Part shown: in pieces, positions 39,419-45,514 of the stretch
How the letters are laid out: each line of letters opens with the position of its first letter
How positions within the stretch are numbered: the first letter of the stretch is position 1
NCBI GenBank assembly: GCA_000697335.1
Contig: JNEM01008402.1
Span: 1-45,514, forward strand
Direction: 5' to 3'
DNA from: Conidiobolus incongruus B7586
Lineage: Eukaryota
Length of the DNA: 45,514 nt
Program-made: the position numbers and the translations under genes
Notes under the pieces: generated by a model
Told to the model about the DNA's origin: nothing
The model's database searches: none
Seen by the model: only the letters and a program-made list of their open reading frames with translations

Positions 39419-40530
39419 ATGAAAATCAAGAAAATCAAGTGATTTCCAACTCACAAATAAAGAATACTGATGAAATAGTTAACATAATAAAATTAATAAT
39501 AATATTTATATTAAAGTTATAAGGAATGGAATAGTCAAAATTAAAAAATAAATTAATAATCAAATATTTAAACATGACTTGCGTAAAAAATAAAAACCAG
39601 CAAGTATTAAATGGTCCTTTAGTATTTTAGAACAAGCAATAAATAATTTATTAAAAGTACATGATACAATAATATTACACAAAAGAAAAATACTAAACTC
39701 AAAAATAAAAACAAATAATAAGTTTGAATCAATTGATTGTCACTGTAGATATTTCAATAGATAAATGTTTTTTATTTCGCTTATTTTAATAATATGTTTA
39801 TTTAAAAAGTTAAACTCCTGCCATAAAAACTCAATTATAGTTTTTATTATCAAAAGACAGTGTGGTGAATTTTATTTTAGTGATTTAATTTTGCTAGAAA
39901 TTAAAGATAACTACCAAGTTCATAAGTAATATATAGTTCAGAAAATCATTTTATCCTTTAATCTTGTAATATAAATTTTTATACGAAAATTATTCTGTTT
40001 TATGTAATTATTAAATGTAAAGAAGTTAGTTATTTTTATTTTACTTATTATAAGCTGAAAAAAATAATCACAAAATGAAACCTACTATAGAAAAAATTAT
40101 ACATTAGAAAAAGCAACAACAGATAAAAATTAAAAAGCTTTTAAATAAGGTATATAAATATCTTTAAAATTAATTTCTAGATAATATCGTATTATTTTAT
40201 TTACTAAATTTAAGACTCAAAAGATAAAGAGAAAAACTAACAGATATATTAATAGTAAAAGTATAAGGGTAATGTTAAGGTGGTTTCACTAAAAATTTAA
40301 ACAAAAATTACTCAACAAAACAAGAGAATACCTTTGTTGTGAGCTAATCATTTGCGACAAGCATTATATAAGCAAAAATATTTGGTTATTATGAATATTT
40401 GCATATATAACTTGAATCAAGCAAGATTCTCAAGTTCCTTCAGCGTCATGTAATAATGCATCAAGATATTAATGCTGCTAGGAACATGCTTCTTTGTTAT
40501 CTGACAGTTAGTCCAGCTAAACCTCTATGA
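39419..40530 (+). pseudogene. Fanzor2 / IS607-type TnpB RNA-guided endonuclease relic
   Basis: KIK*FPTHK*R (cf. KIRLYPTxxQ); EQAINNLLK; GEFYF; SFNLVI*IFI at 39954-39983 (cf. RuvC-I ALDPGVRTFM); INSKSIRVMLRWFH*KFKQKLL (cf. SKTARxMLTWSHYxFKQRL); CDKHYISK at 40353 (cf. xEHYTSKTC); degraded zinc finger; QDINAARNMLLCYLT at 40462-40506 (RuvC-III). Confidence 0.85.
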
Positions 40531-40620
40531 TCGGTGTCGTGACATACTCCCTTCGGGTCCCTGGATTTCTTGCAACACTTGTACAAGAGTGATCAATTTT
40601 GATCAATTTTTGACAATTTT
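40500..40620 (+). ncRNA. Candidate omegaRNA (reRNA) scaffold / transposon right end
   Basis: Directly 3' of the Fanzor RuvC-III. It is a GC-richer island with a CC-TTCG-GG tetraloop, a TCTTG...CAAGA hairpin (40568-40588) and three TGA(T)CAATTTT repeats. The call is inferred from position; expression is unknown. Confidence 0.5.
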
Positions 40621-40905
40621 TATTATAACAATTATTCGATAATATTCTTAAATAATTAGAATTTATTAAAAATTACAAATTTAATTGATAAAATAGAAAA
40701 AATTTAAAACCTTTTGAAATTATAAATTTAATAAAAATATTCAGAAAAATTAATATAATTATAATATTTATAATTTATTATAAAAAAATTAATTAAATTT
40801 TATTTAAAAAATTTTTTTTTGGATGCTTATATCAATTATGCCAATTTATTTAATTTATACAAAAATTATTAATATACAACAGAATACCAATATGTTATTT
40901 ATTAA

Positions 40906-43497
40906 TTAATCGTCTTTAGAGTCTTCTTCAGCTTCGATACTCGCTTCGAACCCCGTGAATTCTTCCCCTTCCGAATCGTTCTCCGGTTTAGATGCCATCT
41001 GCTTTGGTTGGTTAGAATTACTATTTGCTGGCTTGACATCAGGTTTGGGTGAGTGCGGCTTTGCAAATGCGTCGCCCGCATAGACGCTGGGACGGTCTTT
41101 CGTGAGGTTAGACGGTTGGTTTTTCTCCTCTTCGGTCACGAAGCTGGGCTTGGATGGACGGGAATGGGGCTGGTGCTGTGGCTGGGATTGATGGTCATAG
41201 TGTGGTTGAGGCTGTGATTGTGACTGATGCTCATGTTGCACTTGATGCTGAGGTTTTGGTGCATTGGAACTAGGTTGTTCATGTGGTTCCGGTTCACTGC
41301 CTGGGCGAGATGCTGAAGAGTTTAACGAATGTCCTTTGGATGAATAGTGAGATTCGTTGGGTTTTATTCCATGTGGCTCTGGATGATTTCCAGATTCATG
41401 ATTTGATTGGGGCTTGGATTCTTCTTTAGGTGGTGAATCTGGTGGTGACTTGGGTGGATTTGGTGAATCATTGGGAGGTGCTGGTTCAGCATTTGGAGCT
41501 GGTGATGGAGCTGGGATTTGAGTTGGTTCGGATGCTGGCTGTGGGTTCTGTTGCGAAGGGACTGGTGAAGGATTAGGAATTTGCTGTGGATTAGGAGATG
41601 GAGCAGGAGCTGGGGCAGGCGACGGTGGAGGAGGAGTGGGAGGGGCGGGAGGAGGGGAAGGAGCAGGAGGACTTGGAGCTGGCGAGGGATTAACTTGGGA
41701 TGCAGAAGCTGCTGGTTGAGGAGGGGCTTGAGGTTGAGCAGGTGCCGGTGCCGGTGCTTGTGGCAGCGTTGGAGGAGAAGGCACTTGAGCTTGCTCCATG
41801 AAATTAATATCTGGAGTTGGTAAAGAGTCTCTATCCTCTTTAGTGAGCGTTCCTTGTGCAATGTTCTGAGGATGGACATCTTCTGGAACAATGACACTGG
41901 TAGGTTGGGCAGCAGGTGCGTCCACTTGGTTATTGTACATAGATATAATTGGAGCAAGATACGCCTCAAGAAGTGAAGCTGCAACTTTGTGTCCATTCAT
42001 TTCTTCTGAGCCACTCAATTCCTTTGGTATTGCTGTCGGTACATTTGATTTCACTTCGGTCGGCTCAGGATAGCTTATATCTTCTTCACTGTCATCACTA
42101 TCCTCACTTCCCGCTGTTGGTGAAGGTTTACTAGCAGATTCTTGTACACTTGGCGAAGGAGCAGCTGTTTCATGGGGTGGGTTGGAAGGCTTAGCATCGG
42201 GTGTATACATTCCATCATTTTTACTTGGCTTGCTAGGCTCAGTTGGGCTTGCTTGGGGCGCCATACTTGATGGAGGAGGAGTTGGCGTAGGTGATTCTGC
42301 TGCTGAAGAGTTTGGAGAACTTGGGCTAGTATTGGGAGTTGGAGAAGCTTGAGCTGACTCTGGAGCAGGAGGGGTTTGCTCAGGTTTTGATGGTGCTGGA
42401 GAATTGCTTTCTGGAGCATTTGATGGAGTGGGAGATGTCTGGGGCTTAATTTCGGTTGGAGTGCCTTCTGGTTTGTTTTCAGGTTTACCTTCAGGCTTGC
42501 TTTCGCTTGAATGACCTTTAAGTGCTTTGACCAGTCCTTCAGAATAAGATGCTTTGATTTCGGAGCAAAAATTCGCTTGTCCTTGAGATACATCCCAAAT
42601 CATAACACCACCAAATGAATTGTACTTGGCCCTGGTTTTCGTTATCAAAGGTGTTAATTTTTTGATAGGCAAATATCCAGTATTTGAAGCTGAGGGAGAA
42701 GCTGGTGCACCAAGATAGATTTTCACATCTTTGTTAATCGATTGTGTCTTTGCCCAGTTATCCCATTGGTCAAAGTTAAACGAATCAGAGCCTAAACCAC
42801 AAGGGTTGTTATAAAATTGGACGAAGGCAGCATCGAGCCAACCCCTTTCCAGTACTGTTTTTAGAGCCGCATCTGGATAAGGGCATTGTGGAGCTGCTGT
42901 GATATAATATTTCTTAGATTCGTCTTTCAGAGTTAGATTCCTTAAAGCATGGGTGAAAGTGGCATAGTTATCAGGAGGCCCTTTTTCGATATCCAGATCG
43001 ATTCCATCTAGTACTGCATCCCCAAATGGTCTAAATTTGGATTTACCTCCCAAGAATAGATTCCACATCTTATCTGCTAGATGATGGGCATGCTTTTCTT
43101 CTTTGATGGTGTAATCTCCTGAGTATCCTCCCATCGACAACACAACAGCTTTGCCTTTGGATTGGCAGTATTTAATATCTTCGCCAACTTCAGGACATTT
43201 CGCTAGATTGGTTCCAGGAAAAGTTTGATGGCAATGCTTTCCCAAATTCAACTCGGGATACAGCGACGGACTTTCGGCGTTAAATTTAGTTAAAAATGAA
43301 ACGACGAACATATCGTAAGTATCATCATTACAGTATTCTCTAAGAGGTTTTTCCATCTTGGAAGCTTCCGCCTCACTCGAACTACCATATGAGTTCTGTC
43401 CCCAATAAGCGATCAGATTTTTATCGCTCTTTATATCAAATGCCAGAGCATTGTTCCAATGATTAATTAATACAAGCGAAAGAGCAATGAATTTCAT
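40906..43497 (-). CDS. Secreted GH18 chitinase (class III/Cts1-like) with a ~530-aa Pro/Ser/Gln-rich tail
   Basis: Signal peptide, YWGQNS, DIKYCQSKGKAVVLSMGG, RPFGDAVLDGIDLDIE (DxxDxDxE), AAPQCPYPD, VQFYNN, FGGVMIWD. ATG at 43497. Confidence 0.93.
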   Translation of the reverse strand: MKFIALSLVLINHWNNALAFDIKSDKNLIAYWGQNSYGSSSEAEASKMEKPLREYCNDDTYDMFVVSFLTKFNAESPSLYPELNLGKHCHQTFPGTNLAKCPEVGEDIKYCQSKGKAVVLSMGGYSGDYTIKEEKHAHHLADKMWNLFLGGKSKFRPFGDAVLDGIDLDIEKGPPDNYATFTHALRNLTLKDESKKYYITAAPQCPYPDAALKTVLERGWLDAAFVQFYNNPCGLGSDSFNFDQWDNWAKTQSINKDVKIYLGAPASPSASNTGYLPIKKLTPLITKTRAKYNSFGGVMIWDVSQGQANFCSEIKASYSEGLVKALKGHSSESKPEGKPENKPEGTPTEIKPQTSPTPSNAPESNSPAPSKPEQTPPAPESAQASPTPNTSPSSPNSSAAESPTPTPPPSSMAPQASPTEPSKPSKNDGMYTPDAKPSNPPHETAAPSPSVQESASKPSPTAGSEDSDDSEEDISYPEPTEVKSNVPTAIPKELSGSEEMNGHKVAASLLEAYLAPIISMYNNQVDAPAAQPTSVIVPEDVHPQNIAQGTLTKEDRDSLPTPDINFMEQAQVPSPPTLPQAPAPAPAQPQAPPQPAASASQVNPSPAPSPPAPSPPPAPPTPPPPSPAPAPAPSPNPQQIPNPSPVPSQQNPQPASEPTQIPAPSPAPNAEPAPPNDSPNPPKSPPDSPPKEESKPQSNHESGNHPEPHGIKPNESHYSSKGHSLNSSASRPGSEPEPHEQPSSNAPKPQHQVQHEHQSQSQPQPHYDHQSQPQHQPHSRPSKPSFVTEEEKNQPSNLTKDRPSVYAGDAFAKPHSPKPDVKPANSNSNQPKQMASKPENDSEGEEFTGFEASIEAEEDSKDD

Positions 43498-44802
43498 CAC
43501 GATCAATATTAATGATAATTAGTGATATCAAGTAATTAATTGATCAAAAATGTTTTAATATAACTTTTGTAATATTGATAATATAGATATATGGCTTATA
43601 ATATTGTATGAAAGAATATAAAAATGATTAATTAAGTATTATACAAAAATGCCCAGGTCTGAAAAACAAAAAAAATAATCTAAGACCAGGTCAACATATA
43701 ATGAAATGTTATAGGAATGATATTTTATCAAGGTATTCCACTAGCTGATCTAATAAGCTTATATATGAATATCTCATAATAATCGTGGTACTCTTGAGGG
43801 AAACCTCTTTACCATTTGAGAACAATTGAAATAGTTACAAATACGTTTCAAAGATTTGATTCTCCACTAAATTTCAATTTCACTAATATCTCTTTATTGA
43901 ACTCAAGTTTCATAAACAATTGCTGAAAATTAAGTTGATGGTTTCAAATTAAGCTCTAATTTGATTGGTTCAATTCGATTATTAAAGTTGTCAAGTGTAT
44001 ATCATCTAATTGTTTCATAATTCCAATCATTCAAATATTATCAAAGATGGGTTCTACAATACTGATACTCATAGTGAATGTTTATTACGTTTGAATATAT
44101 TCTTAAATTAATATAGTTTATAATTAAACAAATGGTAAATCTTTTGATTTGAATACAAAATATATATTTACTTTATTTAATATAATAGCTTAAATTAGTA
44201 TGTTTTAAAAATTTTATCAATGATCATATTCAATATTGCCAAGAATAACTTTGGTGAATTGACTATTATTTAATAATATTTATTGCATATATTTATCACA
44301 TTTAATTTACTATTTATTTTTTCATCATTTTTGAGAATTTGTAATTCCTTCATATTCATAATTTTTGAAACAAATTTTTGATTTTATAGTATTCAATGAT
44401 GAAATGGATAAATATATTTTTGATAATAGTCAAACATTAATAATCAAATATTATGTTACTCATTATTTAAATGTTTGTATACTTTAATTAAGTTTAATTT
44501 AAATAATTTAGGAAGAGCTTAATATAATAGGATAGTATTAAGAAATAGTATTAAAATTTTGTACCAATATTATTATATTGTAGTATTCAATTGAAAAATA
44601 TATTAAAAATATTTGAAATTTTCGGAATAAGTTTATAAAAAATAATGTAAATATGAATATAAATATAATAGTTTAATATTTCGATAAAAATGGTATAATT
44701 TTATAATAATAAAATCCTGAAATTAAAATTATATTAGCATTTATTTTGTTATAAGAATTAATGTATAAGTGTTTGATACTTAAATTTAGTCTTAAGATAT
44801 TG

Positions 44803-45514
44803 TTATTCAATAGCATCTTTGAGTGAGGCTTTGGCTGAACCAGGAGCCAAGGGTTTGGGTTGAGAAGGATCTGGCTTCCAGCCGATCATATGAATAATTT
44901 GGAAGGTAGCGGGAACTGTTCCATCTTCATTACCATGAGCAGCTTGATATATGGAAGCAGCAGCCATCAGTGTATCTCTCTTGATAAAGGGGTGACGAAC
45001 CAATACAGAGTTGCTTTCGCCCATAAGTTGCAAATCATCAATTAATTCAAACATACTAGGATAATTAATAACAATTTCATCAATATCAACGGTGGATAAA
45101 GCGAAACCAGCCCTATTCATTAAATTAACTACATCTCTACTTTCTGCGAATGGGGAGACTCGTGGCGTCATACCACCACCTCTTTCCAATTCAGCCAATT
45201 GAAGAGAAGTCCTAAGTTCGAATAAAGAGTCACCTCCAATCATAGCACCCAAAAAAACACCATCAGGTTTCAAACTCTTTTTAATCTGGATCAAAGTACC
45301 TGGTAAGTCATTGACCCAGTGGAGGGACATGCTACTCATAATAATATCCAAAGAATTCTCTTGGAATGGGAGATATTCTTCATCAACAACCATTCTTTCG
45401 ACCTCAACTTCGTAGGGCTGATCTTCATCACGATACAATAACTTGGGCGAGAGCTCACAATTGATTACCTTTTGAGTAATGGTAGGATCCATAAATTTAG
45501 CAATATGGCCTGAA
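44803..45514 (-). CDS. NDUFAF5: NDUFAF5-like complex I assembly factor (SAM-dependent methyltransferase fold), 3' part; the 5' end lies outside the window
   Basis: DEEYLPF.ENSLD..SSMSLHWVNDLPG..LKPDG, GDSLFELRTSLQLAE.ER.GG..PRVSPF, LQLMGESN, PATFQIIHMIGWKP. Confidence 0.92.
   Translation of the reverse strand, partial: SGHIAKFMDPTITQKVINCELSPKLLYRDEDQPYEVEVERMVVDEEYLPFQENSLDIIMSSMSLHWVNDLPGTLIQIKKSLKPDGVFLGAMIGGDSLFELRTSLQLAELERGGGMTPRVSPFAESRDVVNLMNRAGFALSTVDIDEIVINYPSMFELIDDLQLMGESNSVLVRHPFIKRDTLMAAASIYQAAHGNEDGTVPATFQIIHMIGWKPDPSQPKPLAPGSAKASLKDAIE

Larger units (their letters stand above)
38830..40620 (+). mobile_element. Decayed IS607-like element (TnpA serine recombinase + Fanzor2/TnpB + right end)
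   Basis: Two co-oriented fossil ORFs with family motifs in the correct order, followed by a GC-richer structured tail with tandem TGATCAATTTT repeats. The left boundary is uncertain. Confidence 0.8.

Noticed and set aside
40590..40620. CRISPR-like repeat array
   Set aside because: The repeats are ~10 bp, abutting and spacerless in a eukaryotic context, and are better explained as transposon end motifs.
43652..43692. Repeated CCAGGTC motif upstream of the chitinase
   Set aside because: Only two short copies; no function can be supported from sequence alone.

Overview
Eukaryotic, very AT-rich fungal DNA with short GT-AG introns. It is most likely an early-diverging, non-Dikarya fungus such as a Zoopagomycota or Mucoromycota member; this is inferred from the presence of calreticulin and an AP-2 beta subunit that keeps its appendage. 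Intact genes: phytochelatin synthase, a Zn2Cys6 transcription factor, RPL33/eL33, an Hv1-like voltage-sensor protein, an S28 serine peptidase, calreticulin, SmD1, Rpn2, AP-2 beta, an Old Yellow Enzyme, a Ptc6-like PP2C, tRNA-Trp(CCA), a GH18 chitinase and the 3' part of NDUFAF5. Four fossils are not recognisable from the ORF track: a possible Ty3/Gypsy integrase relic (1-900), an arylamine N-acetyltransferase pseudogene, a PRMT5 pseudogene next to the gene for its substrate SmD1, and a decayed IS607-type element at about 38.8-40.6 kb. That element is the main finding. It carries remnants of a serine-recombinase TnpA and a Fanzor2/TnpB RNA-guided nuclease plus a candidate omegaRNA/right end, and is mostly eroded by C>T/G>A transitions. 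The second notable item is an intact Hv1-like protein in which both residues of the selectivity-filter pair (the D112 and R208 equivalents) are Asn. All family assignments come from motif recognition by eye; no searches were run.
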